Origin: the human T2T-CHM13v2.0 reference genome, Homo sapiens
Direction: 5' to 3' (one strand)
NCBI RefSeq assembly: GCF_009914755.1
Contig: NC_060928.1
Length of the DNA stretch: 64,000 nt
Below the pieces are notes generated by a model, which worked only from the letters and a program-made list of their open reading frames with translations, searched no databases and was not told where the DNA came from. The translations under genes were made by a program, and so were the position numbers. This document shows, in pieces, positions 43,136 through 54,805 of the stretch (position 1 is its first letter; each line of letters begins with the position of its first letter).

Positions 43136-45073
43136 CTGAGCAAAAAGACAGAGATTGGGTGACATCAAATCATAAAACACCTAATTTTATTATCATTATT
43201 AAACAAAACAGATATTGAACTTACTAGGTAAATTATGCATGACACTTTCTATTTTGGCTACATGCAGTTGCTATACGAAAACAAATGATAAAATGAGTTT
43301 CCTGGAGAATTTGAGTATGAATATCAATTATCAAATGTAATCTTAATTTTTTGCTTTTATAGCACTAAATAAATGTTTTTGAAGATTATCATCCAGAAAC
43401 TGGCTTTTGGAGCACTAAGGAGAATGATGGTGTGGCAATTCAATATCTTGAGAGGCTTCTTAGCCTACAATTTTTCATTCTGCTTAAACTCAGAGTTAAT
43501 CAGGTGGACTAGCATGTTTTTCTGAAAATCCTTTTATTCAAAGTGTTCCCCGGTTCATAGATCATTTCCAGGGTCTAGGGTGCCAGGGTAGTTACCCAAT
43601 CTGTCTTGCCCTAACATGATCATAAATAGTCCTAATCTTGAACCCCTTACAATGTCATAAACTCTCTTTAGCTTCTGGTAAAGAGCATGTTCCAGATCAG
43701 GTCTATTTTAGGAGGCACCTTAAGGAAAGACACTAGAATGGGGCAGAATTGAAGTGAGTTTAGGAATGATGTCCTTATTCAAAATGATGACCTGGATAGC
43801 ATGAGGACTAAAATGCAAAATGGTGCCCTGAAGAGAATCTCATTTTCACTTTACCCAGGAAAGGACAGAGGTTGGAGCAGGAGAGTAGGAGTCCTAAAGT
43901 AAATCATATACATTATGAAAATAGTTTCCTATGAAAAGCTTGAGTGAATGTTGCCATAAGATCAGACTGCTTTGGAAAAAAAATGAAATAAGGCAATTAT
44001 TGTATTTTTTTAAATTTATAACCCACTGCAGAAGTCAGTTTGGAAGCAAGACTCTTTTCTCTGGAACTCAACCTGACCCTTTGGCTTTCTGCATTTCTGG
44101 TCACCTTCACTGCTCAACACCCATCCTGATGGTCGCTAGGCAACACCAGAATAGCACTGTGAACATGCATTAAGCATTAACTCCCATTGTTTGGCTTTTT
44201 AGCATGGAGAAAGAGAGAGAAGAAGACAGGAAAACAGCTAGAGTCCCAGAAGGAATATTTTCTTTCCTCTCCTGCAGGACAAAGAACAGGTCTATAAATT
44301 TAAGGTCTGTCCTAGGCGCCTGTCAATAGCAAATGATCTGTAAAATCAGCTGACAGGCATCTGTGGGTACGAATACACACCAGCACAGCTGATGGGATTA
44401 AACATTAGTTTTGTACTTCAAGGGATGTTCACTCATCAAAGGATTTGGGATTTGGCTGCCTGCTTGATTTAAACTAAATTGTCCCCAATCTTTTTATATT
44501 TAACTGATTCAATTTTTTTAAGAAACAAAGAAGACTTGGAATAAAAAAATCTTCATTACATTTTTTCCCTATTTGGTAATTCAGACTACATCCATTTTTA
44601 AATTTTAAACATCTTTATTCTGCCTTCATCTGATTAACTGGTTATGTTGTGTAAGAGCTGGAGGTGGCCAAATCTTGGGGAAAAGCCATAGTGAATGTCA
44701 TCTTTAGTAAGGCATGTAAATATAAAAATTTTAGGCAATATGGACATGACCTATGTTTTTATATACCCACTAAGTGGTAAAATGACAACAGCCATATTGG
44801 AAACATAGGCCTATTCATGTTATTTAAGTATCTCAGAATAAAGATGTTAGATGATCACATCCCATTTATTTTTCTGCATTTAATACTAATGAGAATCACA
44901 AATATAATTAATTCATTAGTAACAAAGTTCTATACTATAGCATATTATACTATTCACAAAATACCCATGTAAGTGCAACTGGTGAGATTGTTAAAAATTG
45001 TATTAAATAATAGCTTACAATTTCCTGACAATTCGTGTGTCAAATGATTCTGCTTGGCTTTATTTGTACTAAC

Positions 45074-45127
45074 CTTAGGTCCTGGTATTCCATTCTGTCC
45101 TACTGCTCCAGGCAACCCGGGCTCACC
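45074..45127 (-). CDS. COL25A1: Collagen XXV exon (~14), 54 nt, GEPGLPGAVGQNGIPGPK
   Basis: Gly-X-Y x6; acceptor ttctattttgag; donor AAG|GTTAGT. Confidence 0.95.
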
Positions 45128-46189
45128 CTCAAAATAGAAAAATAGATACTACTAAGTAAAATAGACAAAATCAATACATTACATGGATCATTAGAGGAGA
45201 CAGCCATCTAATAATTCTCTAGAAATAGATAAAGAATAAGTGACTATTAGTTTAAATTCAAGTTAGCTTCCATGGTCCAAAACGCTGCATGTAATGGAGC
45301 AAGGATACAATGGGGTTAATTTCCTTTGTTCAGTCTTCTCATCATTAAGAAAACTGAGGCAACTTACCAGTGGAAATTAACATCTAGCATGTTGCTGGGT
45401 ACATTGTGAACATCAAATAAATATTTTTTGAATGAGTAAAAGACAACTGAAAATATAAGACTCTCCTGGCAAAAAACTTTTAAGTGATTCATCAGCTCAG
45501 AAAAAGAAAGAATAAATCATTCTGTTCTCACATTAGACTTAAATGAACATTTACAAACCTAAATCTTGAAGAACATATACATCTTTGAACACCTACTTAA
45601 TTCATTTAGACACATTTGACACAAAAGTAAACACTAAAAACAGATTTGGTTTTTCTTTCCAATTTCATTGTAAAAATAAGTAGAATAAAACATTCAGACT
45701 TATGGATCTCATTGCCATATTGAATGATAGGCTTTTGGGCAAAAGATGATGGCTATTAGGCTAGAAAAATTTCCTATTTCAGAAAGATAATGATGTATAC
45801 CAGTCTTTCAAGACTCTGAACCAGCAATTGTTTTCCAAAGAGACAAAGCTCCCTGAAGTGCCCAGAAACAAGGAAAAGATACTTTGGGCCTTTATGCTTC
45901 CATGTGGCTCAAACTTACAGCAATTAGAATTCTGTTCTCATTTTAAAACATTCTGAAAGCCCTTCACTGTGTGCCCCAATTACTGGACAACTTTCTTCTT
46001 TCCATTGAGGCTAGTAAAGTTGCTCCTTGGTTGATTTTTAAAAAATAGACTTTATTGTTAGAGCAGTTTTAGGTTCACTGCAAACTTAATTGATTTTTGA
46101 GAATGTTTTCTAAGTCACCTGGAGGGCAAGAATTCTGTCACTTTTATATTTGTGTTCTCAGCTTCAAAAACATATATATTAATAATACT

Positions 46190-46390
46190 AGTAACATTTC
46201 TTAAGTGCCAGGATCTTTATATTCATTGACTCAATTCTCATAAATTCCTATGAGGTAGGTACTATTTTTATCTCTATTTTACAGGCAAAGAAACTAAGGC
46301 ACAGAGAAGTTAAGTAATTTGTCCAGATTTACACAACTACAGTCAGGACTTGAACCTTCATGGTTTAAGAAGGTATGCTCTTAACACCAT
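46190..46390 (-). mobile_element. MIR SINE
   Basis: 'cctatgaggtaggtact...ttttacaggcaaagaaactaaggcacagagaagttaagtaatttgtcc'. Confidence 0.75.
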
Positions 46391-49144
46391 GTTACACTGA
46401 TAAGTGAACGAATGTATCTAGGAATTGGGAGAGAGTAGATGATGAATATTTCTATCTTAATTATTATTTGGTTTATAGTCCCACTTATAAATGACTGTCA
46501 GAATGTGTAGAAACCTGAATTAAATATAACCTACATAGAGATGATTTTTAAATATCTACCAGATAAACTAAGCAATGTGAAGCTTGTAGTGTCTAGAATA
46601 GCGAAAAGTATTTTACTATTATAGTGGATTATTAAAATTGCTAAAGTCTTAACCTCCTGGAAAAAAATTCTGCTTCCTATATAAAGTCACACTGTAATTG
46701 TAACTCTTGCACTTTCCTTGGTAAAATGGGAAAAAATGTTGACTTAGAATAATGATGGTCATTATGGGAAGATTTTGATATGCCATTTGTACATAACAAA
46801 GGATAAGAACTTGGAAACAGAATACACCCTGAAAAAGGAGTATCATTTACTGTGCAACGAGAAAAAGACCTATGGAGTCTGCTTGCTTCAAAGAATCCAC
46901 AACAGGAAGCACTAATATCATAACTCATGGTTTCATGCAAATAAGAGATGCCGCCAGGAAACAATACAAACATTGTTTAGACTTTCAAAGAATAACCATG
47001 GTAGCCAGAGTTTTTTAAAAAAAAAATGGTTAAGCCCCTGGAACCGGACAAAATTCATGCTGAGATTTTGAAGCAAGGAAGAGAAATGTTGCTTAGGTAT
47101 CTGCATAACATTCTCCTTAATATATGAACATTGAGGGATGAAAGTTTGATCTCCTTTTTTTCTTTGATTTTTTATGTTGCCAATCTTTAACATAAAAGGC
47201 AGCAAAAAATTGTACCTGTAATCCCCATCACTCTATAATAATTGTTTTCATTTTGTCCTGTCTCCTTCTGGTCTTTGATATTTATGGTTACATAGTTTCA
47301 AGCAATTGTAAACATATTGCATAGCTTGATGTTCTGATTTTTTAAATCTTTATACGCACATTTGTTTTCACACAGTATTTGTGAACACTGTCTTGTGAAT
47401 AGTTTAATCATCTATCAAAGTCAGGTGTGACCACTTGTTTAATCAGTCCCACATTGTTGAATACTCATGTTCTTCCAATTTTTACTATTAAAGATAAACT
47501 AAAATAAATACCTCTGTAAATATACTCATTTTTCTGTCAAATAATTTAATTATGATAAATTATCTAAACTTGTTTTATTAGTCAATGGAAACATTTTATG
47601 GCACTAACTGCATATTTCTAAATTGCTTTCTAAAAGAGTTCTGAGTTTTATTTGCTTTTATAGGCACTTCAAAAAAATTTTATAGGCATTGCTTTTATAG
47701 GCATCCACTCTGTGTTACTTTTTCACAACTTCTTACAACAATGGTTTTTCACAACAGCATTGAATATCACAATTTTAATTATTTTTGTAGCCATTTTAAT
47801 AAGCACAACTGAGAGCTTACTGTTGTTCAGTTTTAAATTTTTCACTTGTAAGCTTAAATATTTTCTGATGGGTTCATAATTTAAGTAGGTATTCACAAAA
47901 TTTTACAGCTGAAAAGTGAATAAAGCTAGAGGAAAAAATGACTGAGAGCATTTTACCCTTATAATAGTTACGTCACGAAACACATACTCCAAGTTAGATT
48001 AAAGGACTACAGAGCATTCTGTTATTGTCCACACTTAGTTTCCCAGGTTCTGTGAAAAGAATATAAACGATAAACCACTGTACAAGTCTGAGTTTCATAG
48101 CCAAGCTATAGGAATCTGTAGGTGCTGATTATTCAACTGACAGTGAAAATTTACTATACGTTCTACTCTGGACTGAATGTTTCCTGAGACATAAAGATAA
48201 AATAGACATGACACGTGCCTGTGCCCAAAGAGCTTATTTTTGAGTGGGGAAAATATATACATACATGTATACATATACACATATACATATACACATTAGG
48301 TGGCATCTAATTGAGTTCATGAAACATTTTTAGGGGCAAAGTTTTCTTACACTTCATGAAGTAAGAAGCATAATAAATAGAAAACAACAAGAAGTCTTGC
48401 TGAGGAATAAAGCATACATCTTATATTGTATTAATGTATTTTAATATATCAGGACAAAAATTATCATGAGTCCTCTAAATAAAGTTGTAATGATGTTACA
48501 CTATTACATAATAGTGAACATGTACATATACAGAAAAATATATCAGAAAGGTACAAACAAAAAAAATGGGAACCAGGTTGTGTGTGTGTATGTGGGTGGG
48601 GGGAGCTGGTCTCATGTTTGTGGCATAATCTATCCATCTATTTCTGAACACATTTCATACTTAAAACACTGAGGGCATTCCATAGACGGTAATGAAGAAA
48701 AACAGCAGCTAACATCTTAACCACAGGTAGATTAATGGGGTTTTGTCTACTATACTTTAAATTTAAAGGCTATTCCCAGTATGACCATTCCAAAATGGCC
48801 ATTTCCATTGTAAGCTGAAAACAAGTTGGACTGACTTTTAAGAAGGATGGCTTGCTGCTTTCATTTTTTTTTAAAAAAACAACTCTTTTAGAACTCTAAT
48901 GTAAAACATCACTCAAGGCCATACAATTATTTCAGGTACTGTCATTCAAGGGCAACTTGAATGAGTAGTTAAGGATAAAAAGAAATGCGGTTTTCTTACA
49001 AATATTGAGTGCTCAAAGGAAGTAGGTCATCTAGCAGTAATATTGTTCATCATCACTTCAATCACGATAGTCTTCCTTTCTGGAAATTGGAATGAGAATG
49101 GAATGGACCTATACGTTATACCTGGAAAATGAGCAGATTCTAAA

Positions 49145-49617
49145 CCTGTGTTGTCCAATTGGTACCACTAGCCACAGGCAACTATGGAGCAGTGGAAATG
49201 TGGCTAGTCCTAATGGAGATGGACGTAAGTGCAAAATACAATTTTAAAGATTTAGTAGGAAAAAAATGAAAAAATATCTCACTAAAAATGTGAATATTAT
49301 TATTCTTGAAATATTAATTCATATCATGTTAAAATGATAATTTTGAATAGATAGAGTTTAAAAACTATATTATTAAAAATAGTGGGTGCAGCACACCAGC
49401 ACGGCACATGTATACATACGTAACTAACCTGCACAATGTGCACATGTACCCTAAAACTTAAAGTATAATAATAAAAAAATAAAAATAAAAATAATAATAA
49501 TAATAATATTATTTGTTTCTTTTTACCTTTTTTCAATGTGGTTAACAGAAAATTAAAAATTACATATGCAGTTTGTATTTGAGGTTTGCATTATATTTCT
49601 GTTTCTATTGAGCATTG
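49145..49617 (+). mobile_element. MER33-like hAT element split by an L1 fragment
   Basis: 'ctgtgttgtccaat...ccactagccaca...aaatgtggctagt' and 'ttgcattatatttctg'. Confidence 0.7.
49381..49505 (+). mobile_element. Extreme 3' end of a young L1 (L1PA2/L1HS-like) with A-rich tail
   Basis: 'agtgggtgcagcacaccagc...aactaacctgcacaatgtgcacatgtaccctaaaacttaaagtat'. Confidence 0.9.
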
Positions 49618-50009
49618 GTTTAAACTATAAAATTATTTAATTATTAGAAGACATCATGAACCAAAAGCCTTTAAAACCAAGGAAGGAGTACTATCAGTAT
49701 TAAAGCAAGTCAACATACAGCAAGACTTCAGAATGGAGACTCCACTCCATTGCATATGCAGTTAAAATGCACCGGAGAACTCTGCCAAGCTGGAGCAGTA
49801 TGTGGGGGGGCGGTGCGGGGGGAGGCGTGGAGAGACTAGAAGCAAGCTCTGGCTCGGGACAGAGTGGCTTTTGGAGGGTCCAGGAGATCAAGTTCTTGTG
49901 TGTAACATGGCACAGCCACAGCTGGTCTCTGTACTGTCTGTACGGTAAGCCAGTGGTTAGAGGCTGACTCTAGGGACCAACTAACGGAGTTCTTTGCCAC
50001 CCACCAGCT

Positions 50010-50829
50010 TCCAACATTCTCTTAAAAGCAAGTCAGGCATAGAGCTCCTTCACTCAGTTCTCTGCAAGCCTGTCCCATCTCATTCAGAATAAGAGCCGAC
50101 ATCCTTACAATGGCCCCAGCCCCACATGATCTGACCCCTGCTGCTCCTCTGACCTCCCTTCTGCTGCCCCCTCACATACTCCAGCCACACTGAACCCCGC
50201 CCCTACCTTGCTCCAGTGTGGAAAGCAGCCACCTGCCCAGGGCCTTTGCACCTAGGCGTTCTCTAACGGACCTCCTATGTTTTTTCCTCGGATAGCTATA
50301 GGATTGCTCTCTCACCTCCTTTAACTTTGGATCAAATATCTCCTTACTACAGGGGTTACCCCTGAGTTCCCCCCACTCCCCTAACCACACCACCACTCCC
50401 TATAAAGGCATATGCCTGTGCCTTTCTCTATTATACCAACTGCCGCCTAAGATACAACTTTGTGTTTCTTTTCTGTCTTCTGCCATTAGGACTTTCAGGT
50501 TTAGCAAACAAAAATATAGGAGACTGAGTTAAATTTAAATTTCAGATAAATAATGAATCATATTTTAGTTAAATATATTCCAAATATTAAATGGTACATA
50601 GTCACATTAGAAATTCTCAGTTGGTATGTGAAATTCAAATTTAATAGGGCATCTTATATTTTATCTGACAACCCTATTTTCCACTCCCACATCCCCATCA
50701 CCACTAGTCTATGAGCTCCTTGGGCAGAGAACTTGGTCTATTTTGCTCATTACTCTTTCACAGTGCCTATTAAAACCACTCATACATAATAGCTGTTCAG
50801 TACATCAGTGTTAGAGGAATGAATGAATA
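50010..50829 (+). mobile_element. L2 LINE 3' fragment interrupted by MER53
   Basis: 'ctccagccacactg', 'cagggcctttgcac', terminal 'gaatgaatgaat'. Confidence 0.7.
50487..50676. mobile_element. MER53 palindromic MITE
   Basis: 'tagg...ttagcaaacaaaaatatagg...gttaaatttaaatttcagata' with the inverted 'tgaaattcaaatttaa...ttttatctgacaacccta'. Confidence 0.85.
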
Positions 50830-52567
50830 TAGGAGAATCAAATGCATTAAGCCTACATGAAGATGTGAAGCACTGAACAGGCCAGGTAGAAAACGAGACA
50901 GCAAGGCTGCCCAACTGGGAGTTTGGAAAATAATATAACTGTCATGGCAAGGGATGGCTCTGTCTCAGGAACCGCAAGGCAGCTGTCACGGGAAAAGAGA
51001 AGGGAGCAAGGAAAAGATGGGAGAAATGTTAACCCTGCAGTGGCACACCTCCAAGTCATGCCCAGTTCAGTCCGAAGCACTAGGATTGATGGACACAGGC
51101 ACAGCATGGGGTGGAGTGAAGCGAGGCGAGTGCGAGTTAGAAGAGGAGTCTGTGAAGGGCAGGGTGACAGGAATGAGAACTTTAATGGCTTCCAAGAAAA
51201 ACCCTCCAGGACTCTGTTGGGGGAAGAGTGTTTACCTAGAGGACTAAAGGCTCCAACAATTCATCCTGTGGGTCCAGAGCCTGGGGCATTGCCGACATTT
51301 CCATGTACTGCTCATCTCTTCTGTCTGCTTCTTCTTCCTTCACCCCCAGTGCCTCAGGTGAGGGGCGAGAAGTAGCTGGGACGATGCTGGTTCTATAAAT
51401 TTTCATGTCATCTAAAGTTCCCCAAAGACCCTCTCAGAATTTACACAAGTGTCATCATTTACTCCATGAACTCACTAACATCTGCTTTTCCCTAAGCAGG
51501 AGCACTCACAAAACAGTGAAATATTTTAGTGAAAGGGGCCAAGCCAGTCATTCTTAACAGAGGAAGAAACACATTCAGAGAGAGGAAGTAACTTTTCCAG
51601 AGACAAAAAGCCACAAAGAGGTAGATGTGAGATTAAAACCCAGGTCTTCTGATTCCTCATCTTGTGTTTCTTCTATTGAAGCAGCTTGTGTCTAAAAATC
51701 TCATTCAATTTTATCGTTTCTTTTCTGTTTAATTTTCACATAAAATAGTAAAGTGGCTTTAGGACACTATACCAGCCTAATATCATAATACCAGCTGTTC
51801 CACATAATAGCTGTTCAATACATTGGTGTTAGATGTACTGAACTTCCAGTTCTGACAAAGAACAATTTGCTTATGCTTCCATGGGGCTGTTTTTCTCTTG
51901 TAAAGTGTGTGGGGGTGAATCAAATATTTGCTTTCTTCCAACTCTAAAGGAGTAAGATTTATTATTATTGCTAGTTGTTGTTGCTGCTCTTGTTGTTGTT
52001 GGACTAAAGACGTTACCTGTTCATTCTTTATTTCTTAGAGATCTGACTAAATTTGGCTCAAGTCTAAGACTTGCTTTTTCCAGCCCCCTGCTCAAGCCTT
52101 GCATCTATACATGTCTCTGCTTTGCCCCATACCAATTCAGGTGGTTCAGTCAATTCTTCACCAGTTTCCTCAAGAATTCCTCTCTGCAGGCATTTTGTGA
52201 ATTCAAGATTCACTATTTGGTACTCTCAGGAAGGCGTCATCACTATGCTGAGTCTGTCTTCATCTTACTGGCTTCTCCTCTCTCCCTCTTCCACCTCACT
52301 GTCCTCTTTCTTCCCTCCCTCCTAGAACATCCTAGGAAATCGGCTTCTCTCTGTGTGTAGCAGTTCAGTAGTCTTTAGCTCCTACTTGCATCCCCAATCC
52401 CTGATTCTTTTTCTTTATCATTCCGGGAAGCAGAGGAAGCTGTGTAACACGCAAAAGTAAAAAGAGAAAACCCCTAGCCTGGACTATTAGGTTTGCTTAT
52501 GCATCAGAGAACTGGCATCCCTACTGCGTTATCTAAACAGCAAACTCCCTCCCTAAAATTAGAACCG

Positions 52568-53245
52568 CATAACCACCCAATGGGCTCATCTTGCCCGCTG
52601 CCCAGACAGAGCCAATTTATCAAGACAAGGGAATTGCAATGGAGAAAGAGTAATTCACACAGAGGCGGCTGTGCAGGAGACCAGAGTTTTATTATTACTC
52701 AAATCAGTCTCCCCAAAAACTTGGAGATCAGAGTTTTTAAGGATAATTTGGTGGGTAGGGGGCCAGTGAATTGGAAGTACTGATTGGTTGGTTCAGAGAT
52801 GATATCATAGGGAGTGGAAGATGTTCTCTTATGCTAAGTCAGTTCCTGGGTGAGGGCCACAGAACTGGTTGGCAGGTCGAGGTGGGGCCATCCGGTTAGA
52901 CATGCAAAAACCTGAAAAGACATCTCAAAAGGCCAATCTTAGGTTCACAATAGTGATGTAAGTTGCAAATCTTATGACCTCCGGAATAACGGCTGGTAAC
53001 ATTTAGTATTCCAGCCCCTCTCATCCGTACTTGGTGGCTGGTGGCCTTTCATTCATTTTACAAGAACAGTTTAGCTTTTGGGAAGGGTTATTATTTAAAC
53101 TATAACTAAAATCCAAGACTAGTTCAACCTACGCCCAGGAATGGACAAGGACAGTTTAGAGGTTAAAAGCAAGATGGAGTTGGTTGAGTCTGGTATCTTT
53201 CACTGTCATAATTTCCTTAGTTATAATTTTGCAAAGGCAGTTTCA
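52568..53245 (-). mobile_element. LTR8-family (ERV1) solo LTR, sense to COL25A1
   Basis: Reverse complement begins TGAAACTGCCTTTGCAAAATTATAACTAAGGAAATTATGACAGTGAAAGA; ~680 bp; AATAAA on the minus strand at 52688-52693. Confidence 0.88.
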
Positions 53246-54429
53246 ATCTCTTTGTCCACATTGGTAATGTGAATACTAAATAGTAGAAAAGTAGACAAGT
53301 ATATCAGCCAGGAACTTAATACAAATACCCTCTTTTAGGTAATTTGCTGAAATGGGTCTTAAACTGTTTAATAACTAAATTTAACCTGGTGACCAAACCT
53401 TCCTTATGCTTTTTAAAAAATTACACATGTCTAAAAATGATAAATAAGAAAACATGTTAGTTGTATCAATAATATAATAGTATGAGGTGTTTCAGAAATA
53501 AGTCTGCTAGTTAACACTTTTAATCTTAGATTTTCATATTGTTCATGTAGACAGAAATATCTACAACACAATTTGAACAAAGGAAATGTAATGCAGAGAG
53601 ATAGTTAGAAGTTTGTGGGGAGATTACGAAAGATAGCTAAATTGACTTTATTCGGGTGAAATTTACATAAATGAGAGGAATTATTTGCCTTGAGGAAACT
53701 CACAAAATCTGAAGGTCTAAGCAGGAGTATGCACGGTCACACAGATACTCCCCCATTCCACTCCCTGCCTGATAATTTCCTCCTTTCTCTTCCCATCCTC
53801 TTTGTCTCTCCAGCCCTAGTTCTCTCTAGGAGGTGCCTTGGGGATTACATGTGAACACCACAGCCTCCAAGCCCTGCTCATAGCTCCTCGTCAACAGTGC
53901 TGCACGGCCACCCAGGGGCTTAGCGGTGCACGTGCCAGCAGTATGGTCCACTCTTTCTGAATACATATCTGGGGAGGGCCCATTACTAACCCTGGAAGCT
54001 GACTTAAGGAAATACCTTTATTTTTTCACCTGGTTCCCTTAAGTTTCCATGACTTGTAACATAATGTGTCCTTGAAAATATATCCATTTTTAAAGTCTTA
54101 AAACCCAGCTAATTCCATATTTCCTAAAGTATAGTTCTTAAAGAAACTGTGTATAGTTTGAATGATAAATTATTCTTTCTCTTGGAAAGAGAATGTGTTT
54201 AATTATTAATAGAAATTTTAAATGTTTATGTCCACGTGGAAAAATTCTAAAGGTCAATGAAGAGAATGAGATAATACTTCTTACTGATACTCACTTGGAC
54301 ACCTAAGAGGTTTCTGAATCATTGAGGTATTAATGCCTCCAATTCAAAGAGGAAAACAATCTACCCTTATTTAACAGTCTTTTAACAGACAGTTATATGT
54401 ATTACTTTCTTTATCTTTTCTGATTAAAC

Positions 54430-54805
54430 TTAGAGGTAAACATTATAATCCCTATTTGAAAAATGAGGAAACTAAGGCTCAGAGAAGGTAAGCAATTTGT
54501 CCAAGGTCATACAAACACTGAGCGGCAAAGCTAGGGTTTTCTGAATTTAAAAATCCACACTCTCGACCACTACTATGCAGTGGAAGCATACTGCCTGGCT
54601 TTTAAGCTCTACTCTGTCACTAACACCTGGGTGACCTTGGGCTTCTTTTACTCTTTCTGCACCTCAGTTTCCTCATTAAGAAAATGGAGATAATCATAGT
54701 GCCTATTTCATAGAATTGCTATAAGGACTGAATGAGCTAAGATGCCTATAACATTTAGGATGCTGCCCAGCAGTTAATAAACACTGGATACATTTTAGTA
54801 ATTAT
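54430..54805. mobile_element. Two adjacent MIRs in opposite orientation
   Basis: 'aatgaggaaactaagg' (54461-54477) versus 'cctcagtttcctcatt' (54662-54677). Confidence 0.75.

Noticed and set aside
43855-43893. 39-nt open AG..GT segment (DSYSPAPTSVLSW)
   Set aside because: Pyrimidine-rich body, modest donor and no CpG or compositional support; it shows that chance cassettes occur
50853-52360. Cluster of 84-150-aa ORFs suggesting a nested gene
   Set aside because: No recognisable domain, non-ATG starts, no consistent splice or promoter structure
54016-54037. Collagen-like fragment (x)EPGEKIK followed by GTATTT, a possible decayed exon
   Set aside because: 22 nt is out of frame, there is no pyrimidine tract, only one Gly triplet, and it is not needed to complete the protein
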